Positions 1 through 13,500 of a stretch of DNA of 64,000 bases are shown piece after piece (the stretch's first letter is position 1; each line of letters opens with the position of its first letter). The notes under the pieces are model-generated. The model did no database searches, was not told the origin of the DNA, and worked only from the letters and a program-made list of their open reading frames with translations. The stretch is from the human T2T-CHM13v2.0 reference genome, Homo sapiens: assembly GCF_009914755.1 (NCBI RefSeq), contig NC_060936.1. The stretch is one strand, 5' to 3'. Both the position numbers and the translations under genes were made by a program.

Positions 1-1428
1 TGGCTGTGGTTATCATATTAGACAGCATAAAATACATTTTAATTATTGTGGAAAGTTGTGTTTTAAAATTTTTATAGAGAATTATGTACCTTTAGACAAT
101 GTCTAAAAAAGCTGCTGCTTAGGAAACACTATAGTAGATGGCCGGCCATGAGAAAAGGAGTTATTTCTGTTGTATTAACTGCTTTTTTCCCTAGTGCTTA
201 GTGCTTAATAAACACTTGTTGAAAGATTGAAATTCCAGTTTAAAAGGCAAACTGTGTATATAAATTATGTTTTCAAACTAAGAAGTTCTGTGATGGAATA
301 GATGTACTAGGGACAGAGATAAAATGTATAGATCTTTTGTTTATCAAAAGATACATGAACCTATTTAAAATAAATGCTTTTCACATAGCTAATTATTTCA
401 CCATGTTCACCATAAATAAACAAATCAAATTTTAATTATTGTTGTTCTATGAATAATGACCATCAATTTTTAGGTTAAAATATTTTGATTTATTAATCAT
501 GCTAAATGAACACTGTCAAAACAACAGATTTTATGGAAACTAAGACAACATCAAAGGTACAATATACATGTTGTTATCGGTACTAATTAATGTCTTTACA
601 TATCTACTAACTTCACTGTAGAGAATAAATATGTTTCTGCAAATTTATACACAAATTCTAATTTTAACAATCGAATCTTTCTTTTACTAAACTAGGGCAT
701 TTGCTGTGGAAAGGAACCCTTATTCTTTTTGGTGTTGTAGTTCTTGTTTTGCTTTCAAACAATGAAAACATTATGTAATTTGAAAAATTATCCCCATGCT
801 GTTTGTGTTGTAAATCCATGTTTGTTTATTAAAGCTTTTACTCTTGAGACTATATTGATAACAATCTAAATATTTTACCTTCATCTTATATAAGCTTCAC
901 ATGTTGGTATTAAAAAATCCTCTTGTAATAAACACAACTCTAAGAGTTTAATGTTTACATGCTAGAGAAATGAAATAAGCTTATCAATGATGAAATAGAT
1001 ATATGTATCCTACTTTCTGGAAAATAACATGTTTCATTACTTGGCTGTTTGATTTACAAAAATTATAGATTGTATCGGATGTCCCATGAATGTGCCTGGT
1101 AAAATATAATGGAATACTTATATTTCTCTTAAGAATACTCTAATATAATATATTTGTATTTCTCTGAATTTGAAGGGAACAGCCTAAAACTATCAAAATG
1201 CAAATGTAACATAATTTTGCCAGGAACCTACTCCTTCATCAGGAAATATAGACCACAATAATTTAATTCATGCTGGAAAACAATGCTTTCCATTAGCACA
1301 GTTTTATTTTCAAAACCAGAATAAATTGTTGATTTAGAAGTAGTCTCAGTCCTCATCTTTGGAAAGATTCCGTTTTTCTTATTCAGGCTACAAGTACTTG
1401 TAAAAGAGTGTATAAAAATATTTCACCT

Positions 1429-1580
1429 GTGGGGGGAAGGGGGAGGGATAGCATTTGGAGATATACCTAATGTTAAATGACGAGTTACTGGGTGCAGCAC
1501 ACCAACATGGCACATGTATACATATGTAACAAACCTGCACGTTGTGCACATGTACCCTAAAACTTAAAGTATAATAAACA
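1429..1580 (+). mobile_element. 5'-truncated L1PA 3' end (~150 bp)
   Basis: L1PA 3'UTR (gggatagcatttggagatatacctaatg...cttaaagtataataa), flanked by ATTTCACCT at 1420-1428 and 1584-1592 (TSD core). Confidence 0.92.
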
Positions 1581-3429
1581 AAAATTTCACCTAACCACAT
1601 TCATTTTGGCTACCTAGTTTAATGTGAATTACCTTGAAAGAGGGGATTAACGGGCATGACTGTGGACCATAAAATATGTAATAGATAAATATTCTTGAAA
1701 AACAGTGACTCTTAAAGAGTTAGTATATTTTTCACTCATCTTGGAACCTGCAGTAATATTGATGTCCTTGAATAAAGTGATATATTTAGAACAGATGACT
1801 GGCTGCTATGGGGATTTAAATAACCTATGATTTTAAAATTGTCTATTTCTCTACTTTTTAATTTTCTTCTGAAAATAAATTTGAATGCACTTCTTCAAAT
1901 CTTTCACATTTTCATACCTCTTTACTTTTTCTTGTGCTGATATCTCTAAATGGAATGCTCCCTCCTCCTACCCACACCTCCTTTTTTCTGACATGTAACT
2001 AAATTATATTATTTTAAATTTTAAACCTGAGCATCTTTGTGAAGCTTTCTCTAACACTAGGGATAAAGCATCTGGTTTATGAGTATTTTTTCAGGTATAT
2101 CAACTTTCTCAGAAATTTGTCAAATTTTTAAATTGTAAGTGTTTAAATCTTCTATAGTTAATATATGAATCACCTATTTTACTGAATGACTATGTGTCAA
2201 TAACAAAGATTCACATGGAGTTTTTTTCTTTAATGAAATGCTATAAATTGACTTCCTATAGTAATAAAGTAAACAAAGTTTGGTCTCTCTTTTATATTTG
2301 TAGTAATTTATTAGTAAGTCAATATTGCAATGTATCAGAATATTCTTCACTAGCAGGTCAATATAAAATTCAGGAGATCATATAAAGGACCAAAATGTAG
2401 TCACAGAGTCTTCTTACACTAACAGTAATTCGTACAGTTTGGACTGACAAGTTATTCGGCCTTGGAACAATTGTAGAATGCAGAAAAATTTTCTAAGACG
2501 CAAATAAAAGATGTGCTACACTTTACTATTCTTCCAAAATTCCATGTGTCAAATAATTGAAATAGTACCTGCCTGCAATATTGAAAAAGATAAATGGTAG
2601 CAGTTCCAAGGAGACTGATTTTATAACAACTTTAACTCCTCTGGATATAAACTTCTGTATTAATTCAAATACCTGGTGAATTGAAGTTGCTGAAAGAGAA
2701 AAGCAGAGGTATTAATACCTATGCTATTAATGCTGTCATTTTCACGAGCCTGTTTCAGATTTATCCTTACACATTAATAATACTAAGATCTCCCAAAGCA
2801 GAGATTTAAATTTTCCAAATAAGGCAATACATTTGTGAGCATACTTAGAACCATCATAAATAAAGCTAAAATATATTCTTTAAATAAAAGAACCAAGTAA
2901 ATTTGTGTTGCTGTAACCTTGATTTAATAACATGGAATTTTTACATTACTCACTTGCTAATCAAAGAAACATTATAATCTTTGATGAAGTATCCCTAGGT
3001 TCTGATTTATTTCTTTATTTTAATAAGACAGGATATATTTTTTATGAAATGTCATTTTAAATGGCATTACGACCAACAGATATTTATTACATACTTACTA
3101 GGAGCATGTCAAGCAAAAGACTCATTACTCAAGCTCCACCAAACTGTTTTCTAGACTAAATTAATTACAGATTCTTAGGCAAACGACAATGCACAGAGTT
3201 GCGCTAATGACTTCACGACGTTCCTAGTTTCCTAAGACCCAATCTACTCCCATCTCCTCAAGTAGCCCTCAGTGACTTTAACTACTTTTCTTCTTCCCAA
3301 ACTTAGGTGACATTATACCCTAGGATAGCTTTCAGTTCTTTTATTTATTCAAGTGTTATCAATGAGTAATGAATAATTCAGTAGTTATTAAGGACTACTG
3401 AATGTTTGATACTGTGTTAAGCACCGAGT

Positions 3430-3720
3430 ATGTTACTTGCTATCAAGTGTCTACGTGGCAAATAATGTTAGCAACATAATAAATGCACTATATTAAGTGG
3501 CTTTACAGTAGCAACAACATCAAATGTATATTTCTCATTCATAGTACTGTAGGCACCTGTGGGTTGGCCGCTATGACTCTGTGAATTTCCATCTCAGAAC
3601 AAAGGCTAAAGATACAATCCCTATTTAGTACCTGACATTCTTATGGCAGAGGAAAAAGTGCAGGAGTTAATTGTTTAGTGGCTTTTTACATTTCTGCTAG
3701 AATGTAATACACAGTTGATT
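3430..3720 (-). mobile_element. Old MaLR LTR remnant (MLT1J/K-like)
   Basis: Degenerate MLT1-like motifs (aagtggcttta...tatttctcattcat; attcttatggcagagg). Boundaries approximate. Confidence 0.5.
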
Positions 3721-5577
3721 TCTACTGTTTGAGGTAGTAATGTTCCATAAAGAATATTATTTATTGTGTATTAAAATATATTATTTGAAATATATTAATA
3801 TAATTAATTATATATTCTTAATTATATAGTGAAAGATAATTAATAGTGGTGTTACGAATAATCAAGTTAAAAAATGAATAGCCTTCCACAGAAATTCTTA
3901 TATTTGCAGCTTTTCGCCTAGGTCGGTGGCATTGAACATAAGGTGATTACAAAGTGCATAAGCATTTGACCCAAATGCATTTGTGATAATTACTTATTTT
4001 TCATTAATGAAAGCATGTAGTATTTTCAGTAAAGCTGTTATATTTTATATTACATTGAGAAATAAGAGGTTTATGAATAGGTAACTTGAATAAAAATATT
4101 TTGATCAGCCATTTAACACATTAATTAATTTGATTCAACTATTTGTATCTGGCTAGTTAGGATTTAAAGAAAATCTATCTGCAAGACTTTCACTTATACC
4201 CATGAGGGATTAGGCATAGAACCATACACTGAAAATGTGTGAATTTTACTGTGCATAAATTATATCTCAATAAAAATAATTTTCAAAAAATATCTGTATA
4301 GACATTTTAAGTTGTAGTAAATAATATAGGACGTTTTATTAAACAAGTTTTTGATTGCCGGTATTACTGCTGTTTAAGTTAAGGAAATAGTTGGGAATGG
4401 TATAACAGGATTCATGGCAGTAGAAAGCCAAAAGTATTGATTTAATTTCTCTCAACTTCAAAAAAAAAAAAAGAAAAAAAGAGAGAGAGAGACAGAGAAA
4501 TAAAAAAGTCTCAGTTCAAGAGCTGATTACAAGGTTTGCCATTTGTAGTATAAGACTATCATCACATCTGCTTAGAAATGAAACACACATAAAAGTGTTG
4601 GCCAGGATACCAGAGAGCAGAGAGAAGGAACTCCAACCTACAAACTGATTTATTGGCTGCTTCTGCCTCATTATAATTAATACGTGTCCATTTTTCTGAG
4701 GAATTTGGCTAAGATTTGCTTTCACTGCAATGAGCTATCTGATAACATGTTTGCAGAGGTGGAAAAGTAGAGTGCTCTACCAATGAAGAATACCTATAAT
4801 CATGAAAAAAATTAAAGTTCTGGCACATAACAAAAAGCCAAATTAGTTTATGCTTGCTTGATAAATAACCTTCTTGACATTCAGCACTGAATTCTCAAAA
4901 ATAAAAGAAAGGGCTAAGTTTAGGTTGAGTGTTGAGCATTCTACTAAATGATGTTGGCCAAACAAAAACACTATGTTAAATATTTATTATATTAAATTTT
5001 TAATTTACCAGGTCAAAAATATCACCTTACACATCTTCTGGACATAATACAAAGTTGTTTATTTTATTTTACTTTTTAAGTTAAATTTTCATTTGTTGCA
5101 AGGTAATAGAACATTTCTCAAACTACACAGGGTAAATAACTAGTTTTATTCTAAATTTCCAACCTATCATGGATTAATAATTCTATGAAATATAACAAAA
5201 ATTAATTGTTAGAAAAGTGAAAGAAAAAACAGACATATAAAATATAAGCTCACTTTTAGTATTAATTCTACAAAAATAAAATTACTCTGCCATACTGCTA
5301 TAAAAATTTCTAAAAGCTTATTCTTAATTTCTGTACTTACATGTTCAAAAATAGTAATACAGGGATCTGAACAGGCACCAGTCCACAAAACACACTTTTA
5401 AATGAACATCTGTGTTTCTTCCAAAGGTAAAATAAGTGCAATAAGCTTATAATTGTTCTAAATAAGGGTCACTATCTTTGCCAAACTTTGATTTGTTTTT
5501 CCAAGATTTAACTGTTTTCAATAGTTTGACAGTTACCTTGGTAAATTGAAATAACAAGCATATGTTGCCATTTCTTG

Positions 5578-5685
5578 ACTTTTTCTTATTTTTATTTATT
5601 ATTATTTTAATTTTTATTTTAGGTTTGGGAGTACATGTGAAGGTTTTTTACATAGGTAATCACATGTCATGAGGATTGGTTGTGA
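5578..5685 (-). mobile_element. Short older L1PA (L1PA15/16-like) 3' end fragment
   Basis: T-rich tail followed by ggagtacatgtgaaggttttttacataggtaa, the antisense L1 3' terminus. Confidence 0.65.
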
Positions 5686-5689
5686 CGGA

Positions 5690-6050
5690 CTTCTTCACAA
5701 AAAACTGGACAATTGACTTGAATTAAACTTTTATAAATGAGAATATTCAAATGACCAATAAACATATGAAAAAAGCTTATTTTCATTCGTCATTAGGTAA
5801 ACACAAATTAAAACTACAATGAGATGCCATAACATATGCACCAGAATGGGTAACAAAAAACTAACAATACTAGGTGTTGATAAAGATATGAAAGAAGAAA
5901 AACGCTCATATACTGCTTGAAGTATAAATTGGTACAACCACTTTGGAAGACCCATTGTTAATATTTAACCTAGAAAATGCACCAATTTATGAGACTCTCA
6001 TTACAATCCTAGGTATATACTCTACAAAATATGTGCTTAGGTAATATAAT
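5690..6050 (+). mobile_element. Ancient L1M (L1ME-like) ORF2 3' fragment
   Basis: caaatgaccaataaacatatgaaaa...aaactacaatgagat...tataaattggtacaaccactttggaa is typical of the L1 ORF2 3' end. Confidence 0.75.
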
Positions 6051-6053
6051 CAA

Positions 6054-6054
<1 letters not shown>

Positions 6055-6094
<40 letters not shown>
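6055..6094. repeat. (CA)n microsatellite
   Basis: About 20 CA units. Confidence 0.98.
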
Positions 6095-6097
<3 letters not shown>

Positions 6098-8176
6098 TCA
6101 AATTCTAGTGGAGATCTGTTTTTATCTTGTGCTAAGTGCTGAGCCCTGAATGTCAAAAGTCTTCCTCTCAGTATTCCTGCTCCATCCTCAACTTTCAGCA
6201 CTCTTTGCAAGCCTGCACCTCAGAGGGATTTTTCTCCCCATGCTTTGTCCCATTCCTCAACAGTTGACTTCTTGTCACTCAGGGCCAGCCAGGTTCATAG
6301 CGGGAGGTGAGGAGGTAGGTTCAGTGCTCCTAGCCCATCTTCAGTGGTAGACACATCCTGCTTGAGACCCTACCTGAGTGGGGGAATGGAGGGCTTTCAA
6401 GTTGTTCCTGTTCCTCCTCACTATAGTAGCCAAACTGTGCCTTGCATGCATGGTGTTTTAGAGCCAGGGAGTGTTCAAGGCCTCTCCAGTAGGAGCACCA
6501 TACCTCTGCTTTGAATTACTGAAGGATGGAGGCCTGAAGACCTTCCTGCCACTCCATTGAGGGCAAAAGATTTTTACTTCTCTCCCTCCTCCAGGATCTT
6601 TGGCTGCTTCCTGGGGTGGAAGTATCTCACCTTCCTCAGAGAACTAAGGCTTTTTCTTCACATGTTTGAAGGGCCCAGATAAGTGTGCGGTGTGTTGTTC
6701 ATTCCCCAGAGGCAGCCAATCATGCCATGTGTGCCTGTATCTCCATCAGAGTCTGGTTTCTCACCTGCTTCCATTATTTTTTTGGATGATGACATCACTA
6801 TTGTAAGATATTTTCACTACCAAAAATAATAGTAATGAATTATTAATATTGTAAATAATGAACTTTAAAAAATTACAAACATAGCCATCCTGAGTGGCAG
6901 TCACATTGGGTGGATATTTGAGTGCTGACCAGTAAACAATACTACAATCAGTAAACATAAACTAAAACATAACTGGAATCAGTAAACAAACTATAACCTA
7001 ACTGGTGGCAAAAGTAACAAATTGGTCCTGATTCTGTTGAAGTTGTCAGCATCCTCTAGTGGAAATACATGTTTTTAAAAAGCACGTTTTTAAATGCAGA
7101 GACCTTTCTCACACATTTTTGCAGTCATTGAAATTTGGCAGTTATGGAAACTAACATTTGGAGGCAGTAAAAAACAGTGTAGTGTTTCATTTTATTATAG
7201 TAAATAAATGTAAATTATTTAATACAGTTTGTTGCCTCATTCAGAAAACCAACCCAAAATGAAGCAAGAACAAAAGGAAATCTAGAAAGAACAGGAACCA
7301 CAGGAGATCAGAAACTACTGATTCAATGTTTCTGCTTTGTCTGGTGAAAATAAAATCTCTATGAGGGTTTCTGTATTTAAATTTAATTAATGAAAAGTCA
7401 GGTGATCTCCATTCTCACTAAATTAGAACATGCACATGTTTAAAGAGCAATATTCTGAATGTACGCCAAACTTTTAGCCAGTGCAGGGTACCTAATGCTC
7501 AGCCTAAGGATGCCCACTTGTTTTACTCTGCTTCTAAAGCCAAAAGGGAATTAACCAGAAACCCTCCTCAATATTTCACAAAACCTCTATTTTCAGTAAT
7601 AACAATTGTATCATAAATCTCACTCTAACGTCTGAAATTTTAAAATTAGTAAGATCATATTACTGTGTCTCTTAAACTGTAAAATTATTTAAGAATTAAA
7701 ATTAATTCAATGTCTTCTAACTTTTTACTTTGGTTGATTTAATAGTACTGTAATTTCATCAGTATAATAGTGCAATTCATTTAATAATCAATTTATGATT
7801 CTCTTAAATTTTATGCAGTTTAAAGGAAAAGGAATTCATGAAGTTTCTTTTCCTGGAATGTTTCTTATCTAACTGGCAGCAATAGCTGTAGGACTATGGT
7901 TTTTAAGCTACTTATTTTAGCAAAAAGCACAGTTCCCCTTCGCATAGTTTTTTGAAAGAAAAGCCATCTGTCTGAATATAAATATATGTAACTAAAAGCC
8001 ATTAAATTGTAAGTATTTAAGTTCCTCTTCTTCAGCTGCTGAGGAGGAACATCGTCTATATGTTCATTGGCAATGAACTTTGTTTCTTGGCAGGGTGAAG
8101 CCTGGAGATGAAGAATTGGAGAAACCAGGGGACAAAGCAGCATGAGTGATCAGAAAAGCAAGGGGAATGTAGAGGA

Positions 8177-8399
8177 CAGCAGTATTCTCAAACTTTCATG
8201 TCCATCAGGTCCACTTGGGAATCTAAGGGAATCATAAGTGATTACAAAATGAACGTTAAAACATGTATTACTTGGCTCCCTCTGCTATCAGAATTTGTTT
8301 TCCGGTAGGTCTAAGGCAAGACTTAATTATTTGCACTTCTAACAGGTTCCCAGGTGATACTAATGCTGTGGTACAGGGACCACACTTTAAGAACCACTG
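8177..8399. mobile_element. MER5A-like hAT-Charlie DNA transposon
   Basis: cagtattctcaaact...ttctaacaggttcccaggtgatactaatgctg...ggaccacactttaagaaccactg, with terminal inverted repeats. Confidence 0.8.
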
Positions 8400-8466
8400 T
8401 TATAAAAAAAAAACATTTAGGAAGTTTTGCTTTGGGTTGTATGGTATATCTTTCTAAATGACCAAG

Positions 8467-8847
8467 TGTATTAGGCCTTTTTCACACTGCTATAAAGAAC
8501 TGCAGAAGACTGGGTAATTTATAAGGGAAAGAGGTTTAACTGACTCACAGTTCAGCATGGTTGCAGAGGCCTAGGAAACTTACAATCATGGTGGAAGGCG
8601 AAGGGGAAGCAAGTCACCTTCTTTACAAGATGGTAGGAAAGAGAATGAATGCAGGAGGAACTATCAAACACTTATAATACCATCAGATGAGAACTCACTC
8701 AGTATCATGAGAACATCATAGGGGAAACTGCCCCAAGGATTCAATTATCTCCGTCTGGTCTCTCCGTTGACACGTGGGGATCATGGAGATTATGGGGATC
8801 ATAATTCAAGGTGAGATTTTGGGTGGGGACACAGCCAAACCATATCA
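8467..8847 (-). mobile_element. THE1 (THE1D-like) solo LTR
   Basis: tgtattag...gactgggtaatttata...ggggacacagccaaaccatatca; 5-bp near-TSD CCAAG/CCAAC. Confidence 0.92.
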
Positions 8848-8946
8848 CCAACCATTCTCTTTGTCTGATACTACAGAATTTACCTGGCCTGAGACTTTCA
8901 AGGGTAAAACTGGAAAGTCTGCCACAAACCAGAAAGATTTGTTCTA

Positions 8947-9372
8947 TGAAAGTTATCAGAATCAAAATGGGGCCACTTGCATAAAAACCCTGAAAAATGG
9001 AGCTAAGGAAGACCAGAAAGGGAGGGTTTATATGCGTGTATGCCTGACAACAGGAACTACGACAAAAGACTGCACAAACCACAACTTTGCACAAAGGCCA
9101 CCACAATCTCACAAAAAATTACTTCTGTGAGGACATTTGCCCAGCAACTGCCTGTCCAACCTCAAACTGGTGCCACCCTTTCTACCAGTCCTTGTAACCA
9201 AGGATAATTGTCTCAAAGCAATTTATGTAACCCTCTTCATTTTTCTTTTAAAATCCCTTGTCTTCTTTTACCTCCCTATGTTCATTGTATTCTCACTGTA
9301 ATGCTCAAACCCAAATAAATATTACTGTTTTTTAGAAGGGTCTCTCCGTGTGTGTGTTACTTAGGTTTAACC
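8947..9372 (+). mobile_element. ERV1 solo LTR (LTR37-like)
   Basis: Starts tgaaagttatcagaatcaaaatgg; contains gcccagcaactgcctgtccaacct and AATAAA near the end. Family name from memory. Confidence 0.65.
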
Positions 9373-12229
9373 AGTCCCCTATACAATGTCTTCAAGACAT
9401 TTTCAGTAGAGCTAAAATACTTGCTAATGCTTTTGTACTAAAATGTTGTGTGTTTTTTTAATTGATTCATTAATTTTAAAATTTAGATTTTAAATTGATA
9501 TGTTAAGATTGACCTCAAGGGTAGAGTTGCATTTTAGAGGTTATCATCTGTGATTTTTGGCCCAGGGTGCAGTACTCTGCTGTAGCTAGAACGAATTGTC
9601 ACCTAGAAAGGAGTAAACCGTCACTCTGATTAGCAAGTGGCCAATGTTTTCATTCAGCAACAAGTGAAAAGGGGTGCAATAAGAGGCAGGGTGTTTCTTG
9701 GACTAATACTTCAAAGTTATTACAGTTACAGCCTTTGGGGAAATTCACTGTTCAGATATGGCTGTTTCAAACAGTTAAGTATATGCTATGTTGTCTGAGT
9801 TCATCAAATTAGGAATGTCTTAATTGATCAAAGTCAGCTAGGTTATACCAGAGAAATAAAGTCAAAATCTTAATGGCTTATAAACCAAAAAAGATGTATT
9901 TCTTGCTAAAACAACCTATCCTTAGAACCCCAACAGAAATTGCCCATTTTTCTGCCGTAACTTATTTATCATAATTCAAGTAGCACAAATAAATAGTTGA
10001 TGTGCAATTATAATGGGATTGCTCATCCTAATGACTCTTTTTCACAAACATCTATGGAAAATGGCAGTTGGAATTCTGAATGGAAAATATAAGTTGAAAT
10101 CAATGCTGATCTAGTTTTAAATGATAGGTCTAATAAAATGTAGTCTATTTCATTAAAACCCCAGAGGTAGCTATTTTACTAGGTCTTGATTTAGGAGCAG
10201 AGCTTTGGAAAGCATTTCAAGATTATCAAAGATGCTGTAATCTAAGAGTAGAAAAGTGACAACAGCTTCATCGATTTGCAGATAGTAAAAGTAACTCACT
10301 AACAAATGAGTGAAGTACTCTATGAAGAACTCTACTGGGCCCATGGAGCTTCTTAGCATTCTTAGGTAATATGTTTTACATCAATCGTTTCCAAATATGA
10401 AGATTAGTATTCAGTGATTTGAGATGGCTCTCTAGAATCTAGTTTTTCACAATGATCCCCCAGCAGATTTTGATGTAATTAGTCTGTAAGACGAACATTT
10501 TTTTAAAAGATGAAACTTGTATTTCAAATTGGTGTATGGAAACAGAGAATAGTGGAATGTAAATGTAAAGTTATTGGGACTAGTGAAACATTCAATTCAG
10601 TATATATTGTAGATTATTTTAACCTATAAGGCTGTGAAGTTATTTTATTACTCTTGGTCTGATGTTCTAATTCCTACACTTGGTTCTGACACTAATTTTT
10701 TATGTAATTTTAGGTAAATTATTCATTTTTTAAAAATCAGCTTCTTTTATAAAATGAAGTCAAGTAGATTATTAATAAAGATCCCTAGCCATTCTAAAAC
10801 CCTATATTTCCTTGAAACTTTCCATTTTATGTAAAGCGATGTGTGCAGCATGTATAGGAGTCAAATGTTTAACATAAACTATTGGTGGCAATTGTTATGA
10901 AGAAAAATGGAGAGCATAAATGTCTAGTCTTGTTCTACTCCCTTTAAAAACGGCCCACTATTTCTAGGGTGGGTCAGTAAGCTGCAGAGTATATATAACA
11001 CGATTTAGCAGGTCAATAGGTCAGGGGCTAATTACTCGTAGATCACATCAACCTCTTGAAGACTGAATCATCTGGAGATGTGTTACAAGTGACTTAAACA
11101 GATAAGTACAGCATGGAATCAATAATAAAATGGGAGATGATGGTTAAAGCAAAGCTAAGCATCACATCAGAGTAGAATCCTGACATGATTTTATTCCAGT
11201 AATGTAAATATTCCCGTCCCAGCCCTCATTCACCACTACCTCCTCTTATCATTGAGGAAACAGGCAGAGACAGACTGGAAAGGCAGTCAGCTTGATTTAA
11301 GAAACTTTCTTAAGTTCAGAAATACTGAATTATTTTTAACCCAGAAAAAGAGCTCAATTGAGAACTCTGAGGTTTGCAACCTTAAATCCCGACTCAATCT
11401 GATATATGCCTGCCAAAGGCAACCTGACTGAGGTTACCTGAGAGAAAGTTTTTCTACAAAACATGGCCAACCATGCTCAAGACAAAATTCCAACACATAA
11501 TTTATCTTCGGCATTCTTCAAATTATTTACCACATCTCCTGCCCCCAACACCTAATCCCAGAATACAGGAATTTGATGATGTCTACACAGCCTATAAAAG
11601 TCCACAAATTTAAGTGCCTATTGTGTGAAAGCCATTTGGGGGACTACAAACATAAAGGATGTATAATGCCACCCACTAAGATGTTCACGCTTATGATTTA
11701 GTAGGAAAAACAGAAGGCTGCCTTATAAATATTAACAACCTAATTTACAGGCACACCTAAAACATCCCAAATTCTAAAATATATATTTTCTTCCAAATCC
11801 TACAGGGTAATATGGCTATGAGAGTGCACTAGGAGTGTCAATTTTACTAAATCCTCTGAGAGCATCCACATTTTGAAAGAGTTCTCTCTTAACCTAAACA
11901 AACAAACAAACGAACAAACACTCCTCTCACTGAAGTTCATTCGGCATTGACGGGTCTCTGGTTCTTCAAGTTTTCATCTGAAAGTCTCAGTCTTTGCTAT
12001 CACAACCAACGCCCCCTTCCTACACTCCAAGGTTGATGGAATGAAATGTCTTGGAATTGAGGGTTTAATTAATTCGGATCACTGGAGAGAAAGAAAAGAA
12101 ATAATGGGGGAAAAAAATGTGTTAATTTTAGGGCTTGGAATTGGAAACGTGGGGAAACGTCGCCACCTTCTGGTAAGTGATGGAAATGAGCAGGAAAAAA
12201 GATCCAAGCTAAGAAGCGGCTTTTTTTTT

Positions 12230-12720
12230 TTTCCAAAGCAGCAAGCCACGCCCCTCCCGCGCTCGCGAAATCCGAGACCCGCCCTTTCCGGAAGTTTTGA
12301 CACTGTGCGCCCCGGGTAATGTGATGGAGAGGGTAATCATCCGGTCCGTTATCTAAACCCGTCACTCCAGGAAACAGCAACCCGCTGTTTTCCGGATCCG
12401 CGCTCTCCCAGCATCCTTTGCCTTCCGGTATGTGGCCCTGTCTGGCTAGTCCTGTCTAGCGCGCCCATTTCGAGCCCAAGTTTCCAGCTCGGGTTTCCGG
12501 GCTCAGAATTTTCCAGGAGTGGGTTCTTGGGCAGTGGCTGTGGGAGCAGGAATGGCGCAGCTAGAGGGTTACTGTTTCTCGGCCGCCTTGAGCTGTACCT
12601 TTTTAGTGTCCTGCCTCCTCTTCTCCGCCTTCAGCCGGGCGCTGCGAGAGCCCTACATGGACGAGATCTTCCACCTGCCTCAGGCGCAGCGCTACTGTGA
12701 GGGCCATTTCTCCCTTTCCC
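12230..12720 (+). promoter_or_regulatory. ALG10B: CpG-island promoter and 5' UTR of ALG10B
   Basis: Only non-repeat CpG-rich stretch in the window. SP/KLF box GCCACGCCCC 12245-12254, CTCGCGA 12262-12268, ETS/GABPA site CCGGAAGT 12288-12295, and further TTCCGG cores near 12390, 12423 and 12495. No evident TATA box. Confidence 0.85.
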
Positions 12721-12722
12721 AG
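12552..12722 (+). CDS. ALG10B: ALG10B coding exon 1 (aa 1-57), Dol-P-Glc:Glc2Man9GlcNAc2-PP-Dol alpha-1,2-glucosyltransferase (KCR1)
   Basis: ATG at 12552 in ggaATGg Kozak context; encodes MAQLEGYCFS...EPYMDEIFHLPQAQRYC...SLSQ (DIE2/ALG10 acidic DE motif); donor CAG|GTGGGG, phase 0. Confidence 0.96.
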
Positions 12723-13329
12723 GTGGGGTGCCCAACCTGTCCCCACCCCAGGAGAGGCCTGAAAGGTCCCAGCGTCCCCAGCTCCTTCTCCCATCTTTAG
12801 ACTTAACTCGTCCCTTTCCACCCCACCCCAGCCTCAGAACATGAAAGAAACTGGGTATAGTCTTTTGTTCCTGTCTCTGAGATCTGTGAAATATTTATTA
12901 AATGAATGAATAAACAGCAGATCTGTTCCCCAGGGAGGAGTGATCTGGGAGAATACTTAGTGGGGAACTGAGCGCTCCTCTTGGCAGCTGACAATATCGA
13001 TCCCACTTTGTTTTTCCTTGTCTCAGGATTAAAGGCATTCGGGTGCTCCTTGGAAATACCAGAAAACTTCCCTTTAGCTCACCTGTTAAGCACCTCACTG
13101 TGCATTTTAGGGGTGGGATAGGGTGGACTGGAGGGATCTTCGGCTACCAAAAAGTGACAATTTATAATCACAAATTCCTTCCCTGGGTATTTTTAGTGAA
13201 CTATCTGTTGACTGGATAAACTGGCAACCAGTCAAGTCACATCATTTTTGAATATATATTTGACTGTGCAAGTATGTACATATAAATATCAAAATAAACA
13301 TCCCCTGCTTTTCTGGTGACACAATATAG

Positions 13330-13500
13330 GGTACTGGCTAGAAATATAAAGTCTGTTTTAGAGAAAGATCTGATCTTAAATCTTGGTGCTGTGATTTACT
13401 AGTTTTGTGATCTTGGAGATGTTCTGAGTTTCAGAAATTCAGGTTACTCATCTGCAAAATGACAATAATCTTTACTATAGGGCATATTGTAATGTTACAA
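13330..13500. mobile_element. MIR remnant in intron 1
   Basis: aatcttggtgctgtgatttactagttttgtgatcttgg...ctcatctgcaaaatg resembles the MIR core. Confidence 0.6.

Noticed and set aside
8741-9130. Two opposing ~120-aa ORFs
   Set aside because: They span a THE1 LTR and an adjacent ERV LTR and show no protein-like features.
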